A DNA stretch of 64,000 bases from a bacterium (GCA_963642995.1 CAVIIZ010000002.1:75610-139609); one strand, 5' to 3'. Counted from the first letter of the stretch, positions 21,935 through 31,432 are shown. Numbers and translations are program-made. The notes: a model not told the origin generated them from the letters alone.

Positions 21935-23029
21935 ATGGGTTTCGAGGACGAGGCGTCGCGGGCGCGCGCCGCGCAAGACGCAGGCCGCGGGTCGGCCGCC
22001 GGACAGGCTTCCGAAAAAGGTTCGCAACCGGCATCGGAACAGCCCCCCACGCGTCGCGTCGAGCAAAAGCAGCTCACGACGTTTCGCGAGTTCATGCAGA
22101 TGCTCTTGCCGCTGCCCGTCATGTTCATAGCGCTCGGGATGACGGTCGGCTTGCCCAACGTCTACCCCATGGACTACGTGGAGCAGTTCTACCCGCCCTT
22201 CCTCATAGTCTCGATGGTCTGCTACGGCGTCTCCATCGTCGTCGCGTGCTTTGTCCCGAAACTGCGCAACCTCATGGTCAAGTACTGCTATTTGCTGGCC
22301 GCCATCTACGCCATCATCGAGCTGATCGACGTGCTCACGCTGAAAACCGGCGTCATGCTCTTGCCGTTTGCCCCCAGCCCCGACCGCGTGCTCGAGGCCG
22401 TCCCCACCAACATAGAGCAGTACGTGAACAACCTCGCCGCCTCCATGGTCTTGCTCGCCGAGGGCATCGCGGCAGGTCTTGTCACCGGCCTTGTCACCGG
22501 GCTGCTCATGGGCTGGTCCAAGATAGCCAACTACTGGTTTTCCCCGCTCCTGAAGTTCATAGGGCCCGTGCCGTCTGCCGCATGGCTGCCCATCGCGGTC
22601 GTGCTCATGCCCACCTCGCATCTGGCGGGCGTGCTGCTCATCGCCGTGGCCATATGGTTTCCGCTCGCGCTCATGCTCTCGTCTGCCATACGCTCCACCG
22701 ACAAGCGCAAGATAGAGGCGGCGCGCACGATGGGGGCAAGCGAGACCTACATCTTGTTTCACGTGGCCGTGCCGGCTGCCGTGCCCCAGATATTCGACGC
22801 GCTGTTCATGGGGCTGTCCGCCAGCTTCGGCGCCCTCATCGTCTCCGAGCAGCTCGGCGTGAAGGCAGGTCTTGGCTGGTACATCAACTGGGCGCAGGCC
22901 TGGGGCGAGTACTACAAGGTGTTTGCCACGGTCGGCGTCTTCATCATCATCTTCTATATACTCATCAGCCTGCTCTTCAAATTGCGCGACCGCGTGATGA
23001 AGTGGCAGAAGTCCGTGATCAGGTGGTAG
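21935..23029 (+). CDS. ABC transporter permease (nitrate/sulfonate/taurine NitT-TauT family)
   Basis: BPD_transp_1-type permease with a ~60-aa disordered N-terminus. Followed by the cognate ATPase and an NMT1-type binding protein. Start uncertain. Confidence 0.85.
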   Translation: MGFEDEASRARAAQDAGRGSAAGQASEKGSQPASEQPPTRRVEQKQLTTFREFMQMLLPLPVMFIALGMTVGLPNVYPMDYVEQFYPPFLIVSMVCYGVSIVVACFVPKLRNLMVKYCYLLAAIYAIIELIDVLTLKTGVMLLPFAPSPDRVLEAVPTNIEQYVNNLAASMVLLAEGIAAGLVTGLVTGLLMGWSKIANYWFSPLLKFIGPVPSAAWLPIAVVLMPTSHLAGVLLIAVAIWFPLALMLSSAIRSTDKRKIEAARTMGASETYILFHVAVPAAVPQIFDALFMGLSASFGALIVSEQLGVKAGLGWYINWAQAWGEYYKVFATVGVFIIIFYILISLLFKLRDRVMKWQKSVIRW

Positions 23030-23033
23030 GACG

Positions 23034-23906
23034 ATGGCAAGGAAACACGCGATAGACGACAAGCCCGACGCGCCCCTGTTCGAGTCGACCGGCGCCCACG
23101 AGCTGGTCGCGACAGACATCACCCAGACCTTCCTCGACGGCGACGCGGAGGTCTGGGCGCTCGACCGCTTCTCGCTTTCGGTGAAAGGCGCCGAGATAGT
23201 CGGCATCATCGGTCCTTCCGGCTGCGGCAAATCCACCTTCTTGCGCATGCTCGCGGGTCTGGACGCCCCGTTGTCCGGCACCATCACCTTTGATGGCAAG
23301 CTCATAGAAGGCCCGGACCGGGCCCGCGCGATGGTCTTCCAAAACGCGAACCTCTTCGAGTGGCTCACCGTCGAGGAAAACATCGCCTTCGGTTTGAAGG
23401 CCGTGAAGGAATACGACGAGAAGAGCTACAAGATTCCCCGTCTGGTGAAGATGATGGGCCTCGAGGGCTTCGAGGATTCCTATCCCCCGCAGATATCGGG
23501 CGGGATGGCCAGCAGGTGCGGCCTTGCGCGGACCTTCGTCATGAACCCGGGTCTCATCTGCTTCGACGAGCCGCTCTCGGCCCTCGACGCCTTCACCCGC
23601 TCGGCGCTCCAAGACGAGATAGTGAAGATGCAGCAACTCGCCCACATGTCGATGGTCATCGTCACGCACGACATCGAGGAGGCGGTCTATCTGTGCGACC
23701 GCGTCGTCGTCATGTCGGCGCGCCCCGGCAAGTTCGTGGGCGAGCTTTCCATCGACTTGCCGCATCCGCGAAACCGCGTCTCGCCGGAGTTCGTGGAAAA
23801 ACGCTCGCAGCTGCTTGACTTGCTGCACCACGGAGGCCCGCTCACGGAATTCGAGGAGCGGCAGGCTGCGCGCGCAGGCGATGCGCACGACACGCACGGC
23901 ACGTAA
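23034..23906 (+). CDS. ABC transporter ATP-binding protein (TauB/SsuB-like)
   Basis: Walker A GPSGCGKST, signature ISGGMASR, Walker B LICFDEP. Confidence 0.9.
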   Translation: MARKHAIDDKPDAPLFESTGAHELVATDITQTFLDGDAEVWALDRFSLSVKGAEIVGIIGPSGCGKSTFLRMLAGLDAPLSGTITFDGKLIEGPDRARAMVFQNANLFEWLTVEENIAFGLKAVKEYDEKSYKIPRLVKMMGLEGFEDSYPPQISGGMASRCGLARTFVMNPGLICFDEPLSALDAFTRSALQDEIVKMQQLAHMSMVIVTHDIEEAVYLCDRVVVMSARPGKFVGELSIDLPHPRNRVSPEFVEKRSQLLDLLHHGGPLTEFEERQAARAGDAHDTHGT

Positions 23907-24022
23907 AGGAGACATCGCTTCTTTGTCGTTTGAAGGGGCGTCTCGATAGTTGGGGGCCGACAGGCGCGCGTTTTCGGTGCCTTCGGTCGAAAAGGGAAAG
24001 GTACAAAGGAAAGGTGAATGCA

Positions 24023-25093
24023 ATGAGGAAAGTTTCACGGCGCGATTTCGTGAAGGCGTCCGGCGTCGTCGCCGGCGGCGCGATGGCGATGGGGCTTGCG
24101 GGCTGCAACTCCAACAACAACTCGAGCAACAGCTCCTCGAGCAGCAGCTCCTCGACCACCTCGTCGAGCTCCTCTTCGACGAGCAAGGCGATTTTGGGCT
24201 ATTGGGGCGGCACCTGCGAGATGCCCATCTACGTCGGCTACGAGAAGGGCTTCTTCAAGGAGGCCGGCCTCGACGTCGAGATCATGAAGGTCACCGAAGA
24301 CGTCGCGCCGCTCATGGCCAACGGCCAGCTCGACTGCTTCGAGCTGACGCCGGACAAGTTCAAGCCGATGGAGCAGGGCCTGGAGTGCGTCATCATCGAC
24401 TCGCTGCACTACGGCTGCCAGCAGGGCGTGGCCTCTGCGGCTTCCGGCATCAAGACGGCCGCCGACCTCGAGGGCAAGAAGGTCGCCGCCGAGGTGGGCT
24501 CGATCGCGCAGATCATGCTCTCCGGCCTGATGGTCGACGCGGGCAAAGACCCCAACAAGGTCAACTGGGTCAGCTACAAGAACGCCCAGATGGACGGCGC
24601 GCTTGCCTCCGGCGAGATCGACGCCTTCGCGGCCTACGACCCCTGGCCGGACATCTCCTTGGACAAAGACTCCACGCGCACGCGCTTTTGGTCGTGGACC
24701 TTCGACGACGGCATCAAGGACATCCTGTGCTGCTTCGTGGGCCTGTCCACCAAGAAGCTCAAAGAGGATCCGGACGTGGGCAAGAAGCTGTGCGAGGGCT
24801 TCAAGAAGTCGGCCGACTGGATCCGCTCCAACGTCTCGGACGCGTGCGGCCTGGCCATCGAGAAGGGCTATGTGCCGGTGAACACCGACTCCGGCTTCAC
24901 CCGCGAGATGATGGAGAAAGAGGTCGAGGCCTACCGCTTCGTCTCCGGCGACAAAAACGAGATCGACAAGTCCTTCAAGTACATCTGGGAGTCCGTCAAC
25001 AAGGCCGGCGCCATGGAAAACGCGCCGTCGAACGTGGATTCCTACATCATGGGCGACCTCTACAACAAGATGGTGAACTACCAGGGCGCCTAG
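24023..25093 (+). CDS. ABC substrate-binding lipoprotein (NMT1/THI5-like), Tat-type signal
   Basis: ATG 24023 (RBS AAGGAAAGG). SRRDFVKASGVVAGGAMAMGLAGC twin-arginine plus lipobox. Ser/Asn/Thr-rich linker, then an NMT1-like domain. Confidence 0.85.
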   Translation: MRKVSRRDFVKASGVVAGGAMAMGLAGCNSNNNSSNSSSSSSSSTTSSSSSSTSKAILGYWGGTCEMPIYVGYEKGFFKEAGLDVEIMKVTEDVAPLMANGQLDCFELTPDKFKPMEQGLECVIIDSLHYGCQQGVASAASGIKTAADLEGKKVAAEVGSIAQIMLSGLMVDAGKDPNKVNWVSYKNAQMDGALASGEIDAFAAYDPWPDISLDKDSTRTRFWSWTFDDGIKDILCCFVGLSTKKLKEDPDVGKKLCEGFKKSADWIRSNVSDACGLAIEKGYVPVNTDSGFTREMMEKEVEAYRFVSGDKNEIDKSFKYIWESVNKAGAMENAPSNVDSYIMGDLYNKMVNYQGA

Positions 25094-25267
25094 GGTCTTT
25101 CTCGCCTGCGGGCGAATGCCTGGCGCTGCTCGAGCTCGCATAGCGCCAGTCGGGGAGGGGCGGCGCGTCTTGTCGGTGCGCTGCCCCTCTTCTCTCGAAG
25201 GGCGCTTTTGTCCGTCCTTCAAAGCACGTCGCATCCGGGCGGCGTGAACCTCGAGGGGGGGGCTTCG

Positions 25268-26473
25268 GTGAAAGAACTCGTGTTGCACAGCCTGAAGATG
25301 CGCAAGGTTTCCACCGTCTCGGTCGTCTTGTCCGTGATGCTGTCCGTGACGGTGTTTCTCGCGCTGGGGCTGACGTATGCCGGCGTGCAGGCGGGCGTGG
25401 CCACCTCACTTGCCCGCGGCGGCGCCGACCTGCTCGTCGTCCCCTCGAGCGCCGCCTCCGAGATATCGGACAGCTCGCTTCTGTTCACCGGGGCACCTGC
25501 GGCGATCTATTGCGACGAGGGCGTCTACGAGAAGGTGAAGGCCGCCGACGGGGTGAAACGCGCGACCTGCCAGTTCTACAGCCAGTCGTTGAACCAGCCG
25601 TGCTGCTCCGACGACGGCATGACGCGCGTCATCGGCGTGGACTTCTCCACCGACTGGACGGTGCAGCCCTTCACCGCCTACGACCTCTCCAAGGGCCTTG
25701 CAGACGACGAGATAATCGTCGGCTCCGGCGCCACGGGCACGGTGGGGGAGACGGTGAAGCTTTTGGGCCGCGACTTCAAGGTGGTCGACCGGCTGGCGGC
25801 ATCCGGCACGGACCTGGACTCCTCGCTTCTGCTGAACCTGGACGTGGCCCGCGAGCTGTCGAAGCAGGCGCAGGGGCTGTCGTATCTGTGGGAGAAATAC
25901 GGCCAACCCGATGCTCTGATCTCGTGCGTGCTCGTCGAGATGCAAGACGGCGCGGACGTGACGCGCCTGTCCACCATCATAGAAAACGCGGGAGATGTGA
26001 AGGTCATACAACGCAGCAACGTCGTGGAAAGCTCGCAAGAACAGTTGAGCGCCGTCTTCACGGTGCTGCTCGCAGCGGGCATGGCGATGCTCGTCGTCAC
26101 CCTCGTGCAGCTGTTCGCGCGCTTTTTCTCGTGCGTGTGGGACCGCAAAAGCGAGCTCGCCCTCTACCGTGCGCTCGGGGCCTCGGCATCCCAGGTGCGC
26201 CGCCTGATACTCGGCGAGGTGGCCGTCATCACGGGCGCGGGACTCGTTCTGGGATTTGCAGCGGGCGCGGGCGTCTACGCGTGGCTCGTCTCGCTGCTCT
26301 CCCAAACCAGCTCGTTTCCCTTCATCGCGCCGGGCACCCTTGCGGTTGCCGGGATCGCCGGCGGCATAATCGTGTTGTTTGCCGTGCTCGCCGCCGCCTC
26401 GGTGGCCGCGCCCCTGCGCCAGATCGGCCGCCTCGACCCGTCTCTTGCCATGCAGCAAGGCGACATCGACTAG
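25268..26473 (+). CDS. ABC transporter permease, FtsX/MacB-like
   Basis: GTG 25268 preceded by GAGGGGGGGG (track ORF starts at 25208). TM1, a large extracytoplasmic domain, then three C-terminal TMs (FtsX domain). Confidence 0.85.
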   Translation: MKELVLHSLKMRKVSTVSVVLSVMLSVTVFLALGLTYAGVQAGVATSLARGGADLLVVPSSAASEISDSSLLFTGAPAAIYCDEGVYEKVKAADGVKRATCQFYSQSLNQPCCSDDGMTRVIGVDFSTDWTVQPFTAYDLSKGLADDEIIVGSGATGTVGETVKLLGRDFKVVDRLAASGTDLDSSLLLNLDVARELSKQAQGLSYLWEKYGQPDALISCVLVEMQDGADVTRLSTIIENAGDVKVIQRSNVVESSQEQLSAVFTVLLAAGMAMLVVTLVQLFARFFSCVWDRKSELALYRALGASASQVRRLILGEVAVITGAGLVLGFAAGAGVYAWLVSLLSQTSSFPFIAPGTLAVAGIAGGIIVLFAVLAAASVAAPLRQIGRLDPSLAMQQGDID

Positions 26474-26491
26474 AAAGGCAGGGCACATCCC

Positions 26492-27160
26492 ATGCAATGC
26501 CCCACGATTTCGGCGCACGCCATCTCCAAGTCCTATGGCGACGTGGAGATACTGCGCGACACCACCTTCACGGCGCGCCCCGGCGAGTCCATCGCGTTCG
26601 TCTCGCCGTCGGGCTCCGGCAAGTCCACGCTGCTGTCCATGCTCGGCCTCATCCTCACCCCCACAAGCGGCGAGATATCGGTGGGAGATGCGGCCACGAG
26701 CGGCATGTCGGATGCGGAGCGCTCTGCCCTGCGGGGCGCCACGGTGGGTTTCGTTTTCCAGCACACCCAGCTCATAGGCTCGCTGCGCGCATGGGAAAAC
26801 GTCACGGTGCCCGCGCGTTTCGCCGCGTCGCGCAACGCCGCGAAAGACGAGGAGCGCGCCCGCGGCCTGCTCGGGCGTTTCGGCCTGGCCGAGCGCGCCG
26901 AGCACTATCCCTTCCAGCTGTCCATAGGGCAAAAGCGCCGCGTGGCGCTTGCGCGCGCCCTGATGCTCGAGCCGCCCGTGCTCATCGCCGACGAGCCGAC
27001 CAACGATTTGGACAGCGCGTCTGCCGACAGCGTGACGGCCGCCTTGTTCGAGCATGTGGAGCGCGGGGGGATATTGATGTTTGCCACGCACGACGCATCG
27101 TTGTCCGCACGGGCCGACAGGGTGTTTCGCCTGCGCGACAAATGCTTCGAAGAACGCTAG
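26492..27160 (+). CDS. ABC transporter ATP-binding protein (MacB/LolD-like)
   Basis: Walker A SPSGSGKST, signature LSIGQKRR, Walker B VLIADEPT. Confidence 0.9.
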   Translation: MQCPTISAHAISKSYGDVEILRDTTFTARPGESIAFVSPSGSGKSTLLSMLGLILTPTSGEISVGDAATSGMSDAERSALRGATVGFVFQHTQLIGSLRAWENVTVPARFAASRNAAKDEERARGLLGRFGLAERAEHYPFQLSIGQKRRVALARALMLEPPVLIADEPTNDLDSASADSVTAALFEHVERGGILMFATHDASLSARADRVFRLRDKCFEER

Positions 27161-27277
27161 GATAGGAAAGCGCGCACGCAAGCGGGGCGCGCGAAACCCG
27201 TCGGGCGTGTCCGGAAAGGTGTGCAACCGGATGCGACGCGCCACGAGAAGGGCAACAGGAAAAGAAAGGAGCTCGCT

Positions 27278-27715
27278 GTGAACGAGAAGACATGGAAGAT
27301 ACTTTGCCTGGTGGAGATCTGCGCGCTGATGGCCGCGGCGCTGATAGCCACGTTCATGGGAGGTTGCACGAAGGAGATCGAGTGCACGTCGGGCAGTGTT
27401 CCCATGAAGTGCCACTGGACGTTTCTGGCGGTGCCGCTCATCTGCTTTCCCGGTGCATGGGCAGCTTTTGCAGCGGCGTTGTCCGGCGAGAAGAAGGCCC
27501 GGCGGATGGCCGCGCTCTCCGCACTCGTCGCGGCGCTGTGCGCCCTGCTGTGCATCTGGGCCGTCATCGGCATATGCACGGGGGCGGGCTCGCACGGCTG
27601 CACGCCCACCGCGATCGCGACGAGCGTGGCGCTGGGGCTGTCCGCGGTGCTTGCCTGTGTCTTGATGGCGAAGGCAGACCCGAAGGCGGCGGAAGCGCCC
27701 AAGATGAAGCTGTAG
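27278..27715 (+). CDS. Small Cys-containing integral membrane protein, DUF4418-like
   Basis: GTG 27278 with RBS AAAGGAG. Four hydrophobic segments and an MKCHWT motif. The family assignment is from memory of DUF4418 genes next to FtsX-type ABC systems. Confidence 0.6.
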   Translation: MNEKTWKILCLVEICALMAAALIATFMGGCTKEIECTSGSVPMKCHWTFLAVPLICFPGAWAAFAAALSGEKKARRMAALSALVAALCALLCIWAVIGICTGAGSHGCTPTAIATSVALGLSAVLACVLMAKADPKAAEAPKMKL

Positions 27716-27752
27716 GCACCGCACGGGAAAGCGCGGGCGCGCGAGCATGCGA

Positions 27753-27810
27753 AACGCCTGCGGCCATCTCCCTTTCCTCATGGGGGAGACGGCCGCAGGC
27801 GTTCTTTTCG
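27753..27810 (+). terminator. Long-stem terminator after the DUF4418-like gene
   Basis: 20-bp arms AACGCCTGCGGCCATCTCCC / GGGAGACGGCCGCAGGCGTT with one A-C mismatch, followed by CTTTTC. Confidence 0.7.
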
Positions 27811-27898
27811 CGCCGCCTCGCCCTTCAGCGCCGCTTCCCGGTATCCGAAAGCTTTTCGCCACCCGGGGTTTTCTCGTGCCCTTCCGCCGTCGGCGGTT

Positions 27899-28708
27899 TC
27901 ACTTCTTCACCCGGCGAAACACCGCGATGCTGCAAAGTGCCGCCGCGACTGCCCAGGCGAGCAGCGCAAGCAAGGTGGTCGCAAGCTCTCCGGAACCCGC
28001 GTCGGTCAAGGCGTGGACCAAGGATCCCGGCAAGGCGTCGGAAATCTTGGACACCACGCCGGCGGTGGCGTCGGGCAGCGAGATGCAGGCGAGCGAGAGC
28101 AGCATCGCGCCGATGGCGTCGAGGGCGAAATAGACGACGAGCCCCAATCCGACGCGCCTGAGCATCGTGCCGATGGAAAAGCACAAAACCGCGGTGAACG
28201 CGCATTTCACCATGGACAAGGCAAATCCCGAGGCCAGCTCTGCGGCATCGACGCCGCCGAAGGGGTTTTCCTGAAAAGGCGCCGCCGCCAGGAAGAAGGC
28301 GATGTAGCCGATGGCGCCCGCGCAGATCGTGAGCAGGCTCCATGCGGCAAGCCTTGCCGCATACAGGCGCAGCCGGTTCGGGACGACGGAAAGCGTCGCC
28401 AGGACGCAACCGTCCTCGTGCTCGCGGGCAACGGAGCACACCGTGTAGACGCCTAGCAGGAAGTAGGACATGGATAGAAAGCCGTTTGCCGCCGCCACCT
28501 GCGACGGCGCGCTTTCCGGGAGCTGGGAGGAGGCGAAGACGAAGCTGAAATAGGACAGTCCGCTCGCAAGGAGCAAGATGAGGAGGACCTTGGGCGTTCT
28601 CTTGTGCACGAGGCGTGCGAGCTCTGCTGCCGCAACGCCGGAAAAGGCCTGCGGCGCGTCTGCGGATTTGGTGAAGGCCTGCGGCAGGTTGCATGCGGCG
28701 TCACTCAT
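27899..28708 (-). CDS. ABC-2 type transporter permease
   Basis: Six-TM hydrophobic protein. Its start overlaps the stop of the upstream ATPase gene (28701-28708). Confidence 0.8.
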   Translation of the reverse strand: MSDAACNLPQAFTKSADAPQAFSGVAAAELARLVHKRTPKVLLILLLASGLSYFSFVFASSQLPESAPSQVAAANGFLSMSYFLLGVYTVCSVAREHEDGCVLATLSVVPNRLRLYAARLAAWSLLTICAGAIGYIAFFLAAAPFQENPFGGVDAAELASGFALSMVKCAFTAVLCFSIGTMLRRVGLGLVVYFALDAIGAMLLSLACISLPDATAGVVSKISDALPGSLVHALTDAGSGELATTLLALLAWAVAAALCSIAVFRRVKK

Positions 28709-29591
28709 TTTCGTCCCCCTTCGTCTCCATGAACAGCTCCTCGAGGTTCATCCGCTTGGCCTCGAGATGGTCTAGCGTCAATCCGCTGCCGTACGCCAAG
28801 GCGCCCACCTCGGCAGGCGGCATCCCGTTCACGAAAAGCGTCTCGCCCTCGAGCTTGCACGGCGCGCCGACGTCCGAGACGAGCTTTGCCACCTCGTGCA
28901 CCTGCGCGCTTCTCACGACGACGACCAGCCCGCGCCGCCCGCCCCGCTCCAGTTCCTCTATCGAGCCATCGCGGGCCACCCGGCCGTTTTGGATGATGAT
29001 CACCCTGCTCGCGACCTTTTCCAGCTCGCTCATTATGTGGCTGGAGATGAATACGGTCTTGCCCCTATCGGCCAGCGCCGAGAACACGCCGCGCACCTGG
29101 CGGATGGCCTCGACGTCGAGTCCGTTGATGGGCTCGTCGAACATCAGGTTGTCCGGGTCGCCCACGAGCGCGGCCGCGATGCCGAGGCGCTGCTTCATCC
29201 CGAGCGAGTATTCGGAGATGAGTTTTCTGCCCGCGCCGGCCAGGCCCACGTAGTCGAGCGCGCCGTCCACGTCCGCGTCCCGTATCCCCGAGGCGCGATA
29301 TACATAGGACAGGAAATCCGCGCCGCGCATCTTCTGGGGCATGAACTCCGGCCCCAGGCAGCACCCGAGCGTCTTGGCGGGGTTTGCCGCCTGCGAAAAC
29401 GGCTTTCCATCCACCAACGCGGCGCCTGAAGTGGCCGCCTCGAGCCCCATGATTATCTTCATGGTGGTCGATTTGCCCGCGCCGTTAGGGCCTACGAAGC
29501 CGGTGATGGTGCCCGGCTCCACGCGAAAGCTCAGGTCGTCGAGAACCGTCTTCTTGCCGTAGGTCTTGCAAAGCGATTGAACTTCGATCAC
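28701..29591 (-). CDS. ABC transporter ATP-binding protein (ABC-2 / daunorubicin-resistance type)
   Basis: (V)IEVQSLCKTYGKK, Walker A GPNGAGKST, signature YSLGMKQR, Walker B LMFDEP. GTG 29591 has RBS GGGAAAGGCGAGG; the alternative start is ATG 29612. The track ORF runs to 29786. Confidence 0.88.
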   Translation of the reverse strand: MIEVQSLCKTYGKKTVLDDLSFRVEPGTITGFVGPNGAGKSTTMKIIMGLEAATSGAALVDGKPFSQAANPAKTLGCCLGPEFMPQKMRGADFLSYVYRASGIRDADVDGALDYVGLAGAGRKLISEYSLGMKQRLGIAAALVGDPDNLMFDEPINGLDVEAIRQVRGVFSALADRGKTVFISSHIMSELEKVASRVIIIQNGRVARDGSIEELERGGRRGLVVVVRSAQVHEVAKLVSDVGAPCKLEGETLFVNGMPPAEVGALAYGSGLTLDHLEAKRMNLEELFMETKGDENE

Positions 29592-29732
29592 GGCCTCGCC
29601 TTTCCCGCGCATGGATGTCGCCGCCCCTGCTGCGCCTGCGTGCGATTTCGAGATTATAGCCCGACCGGGCCGGATGCGCCCGTCGGCGACACCGGCTGCG
29701 CGTGATGACGACGCAGCCCTCTTGCCCGGATC

Positions 29733-29741
29733 TGGTAGAAT
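29733..29741 (+). promoter_or_regulatory. Candidate extended -10 promoter element (TGGTAGAAT)
   Basis: TGn-TAGAAT in the divergent intergenic region upstream of the 429-aa orphan gene. Pattern only. Confidence 0.3.
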
Positions 29742-29795
29742 AGAGTGCGCTTGGCGAGTTCCATGACTCGGGCCCGGGAGGGCCAATCATTTTCG

Positions 29796-29835
29796 GAAGG
29801 CATCTCCGGCTCGTTTCGGAGATGCCTTCTTTGTC
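29796..29835 (+). terminator. Terminator-like hairpin in the leader of the orphan gene
   Basis: Perfect 13-bp stem GAAGGCATCTCCG / CGGAGATGCCTTC, 8-nt loop, followed by TTTGT. No plus-strand gene lies upstream. Confidence 0.5.
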
Positions 29836-29922
29836 GGGATACGATAAGGGGAGAGCTGTAGCGCGGCGGCAGCCGGGCGGCGGCTTTCACCGACAGTTTC
29901 ACCCGATGCGAGAGGACGGGAA

Positions 29923-31212
29923 ATGGAGCAGGTATCGCTTTTGTTCGAAATCTCTCCGAATGACAAGAGATTCCCGATGTACACATGGTTTCCCGACTGG
30001 TTTGCGACAAAGCGCCTTCCGCAATTCGACGTCCATCTCTTCAACTACGAGGCCTTCCTCGCGGGCGAGGAGCTGGTGTGCGAGCCCGCGCCGAAACACG
30101 ACATGCCGGCGCTGCTGCGCTGCCACTCGACGAACAGGGAAAACTACGAGCGGCTGGCCAAGAAGCTGCTCTCGCTTGGATACCGGCTGATCACGGACAG
30201 CTGGCGAGCGCTTGAAGAACCGCGTTTCCATTTCAGGTGCTTCAAGGGGTTCACGGATGAAAAATACAAGATGCGCACCGTCAACGTTGGGGCCAGTTTC
30301 GGAACCGGCGCATCTCAGACGCATCCCCCCTCGATTTACATCACGAGAGACGATGACGGTTATCTGGGTACTCGAGAAGCAGATTGGTTTGCGTTGGGCT
30401 GGCACACGTCGCGAAAGGGAGAAGAGCTTGCCGAACGTTTCGCGCAAGCCAAAGGAGACAGGTTTTCCGGAGAGGCCTTCTTCGAGGAATACGTGCCTCG
30501 CTTCGAATATGAAAGTGTGCCCGTCGTGTGGCGTGCCTTCTACTTCGAGGGAAGACCCATTTTCAAGGCTCCCGTGGCGCCGAAGGCACCGAAAGGATTT
30601 CCGGAACCGCCGGAGGAAATAGTGAACGCGTTCCGGAAGGCGTGCTCGAACATTTTCTACGCTTGCGATTTCATGCTCGCAAAGGGCGGCAGCTGGCTGT
30701 GCAGCAGATTTTTCGACGGGCAGATGAGCGAAGGGCCTGCGCGGAGAGAGGACTCCATAGCTTTCTACGAGGCGCTTGCCCGGGCAGTGGAGGAAGCGCC
30801 GCGGATTCCCGATTGGATATGGTGTTTGACGGCAGAGGTTCGAGACGAGAACAAGACGGGGGTCGAGAAACGTGTCGTGCACGGGACGCGCCATTTCGCT
30901 CCGCACACCAAGGTGTTCCTGCATCCGCCCAACTGGGACGAGCGGGTCGGCGCCATCGGCATCCCGCGCTATTCGGATAAACGCGTCCGCATCGTCGTCG
31001 ATGTCAGGAAGCTCGAGCATTTCGCCCTCGAGAAGGTGAACGACCGGGAAATCGTCTGCGCCATGCTCCATCCCTACAACACGTGGCCGTTCACCAAAAT
31101 GGCTCCCATCGAGGTGGGCCGCGGCACCTGGGGCCAAAGCGAAAGTTCCAAACGGGAGATCGAAGACTGCGTGAAGTGGCTGAATTCGCTCAATCCGGAT
31201 GGCAAGCGGTGA
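29923..31212 (+). CDS. Hypothetical 429-aa protein; weak ATP-grasp (R2K-clade-like) resemblance in the N-terminal two thirds, unknown C-terminal domain
   Basis: ATG with RBS GAGAGGA and a clean 429-codon ORF in a lower-GC stretch. Segments VVWRAFYFEGRPI and ACDFMLAKGGSWLCSRFFDGQMSE recall ATP-grasp C-terminal strands. This rests on memory, not alignment. Confidence 0.6.
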   Translation: MEQVSLLFEISPNDKRFPMYTWFPDWFATKRLPQFDVHLFNYEAFLAGEELVCEPAPKHDMPALLRCHSTNRENYERLAKKLLSLGYRLITDSWRALEEPRFHFRCFKGFTDEKYKMRTVNVGASFGTGASQTHPPSIYITRDDDGYLGTREADWFALGWHTSRKGEELAERFAQAKGDRFSGEAFFEEYVPRFEYESVPVVWRAFYFEGRPIFKAPVAPKAPKGFPEPPEEIVNAFRKACSNIFYACDFMLAKGGSWLCSRFFDGQMSEGPARREDSIAFYEALARAVEEAPRIPDWIWCLTAEVRDENKTGVEKRVVHGTRHFAPHTKVFLHPPNWDERVGAIGIPRYSDKRVRIVVDVRKLEHFALEKVNDREIVCAMLHPYNTWPFTKMAPIEVGRGTWGQSESSKREIEDCVKWLNSLNPDGKR

Positions 31213-31426
31213 TCGTAGCCGCTTTTGTTCGGATCCGTCCGTGCCGAAAGGGCGCCATGGGACGCAAGCATGCCCGCCGCCTGCGTTTTCGCCTTTATTT
31301 CCATGTCAGCAAGCCTGTGCAGCGCAAGGATGCGAGGAGGCAAACCGCCATGTGCTCCTTGCATGCGTTTCTTGCCGGGCAGTGTCGCAGCCCTTTCTCC
31401 TAAGGGGGGGGCGCGCGGGCGGCGGG

Positions 31427-31432
31427 TATACT
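31427..31432 (+). promoter_or_regulatory. Candidate -10 box (TATACT) upstream of the DUF1847 gene
   Basis: A TATACT hexamer 145 nt upstream of ATG 31577. Pattern only. Confidence 0.25.

Noticed and set aside
24100-24190. Runs of AGC/TCC/TCG codons here and at 47835-48033, considered as tandem DNA repeats or contingency loci
   Set aside because: They are imperfect and in frame. They encode Ser-rich linkers or tails of a lipoprotein and of EchA, so they are coding low complexity rather than a repeat element.
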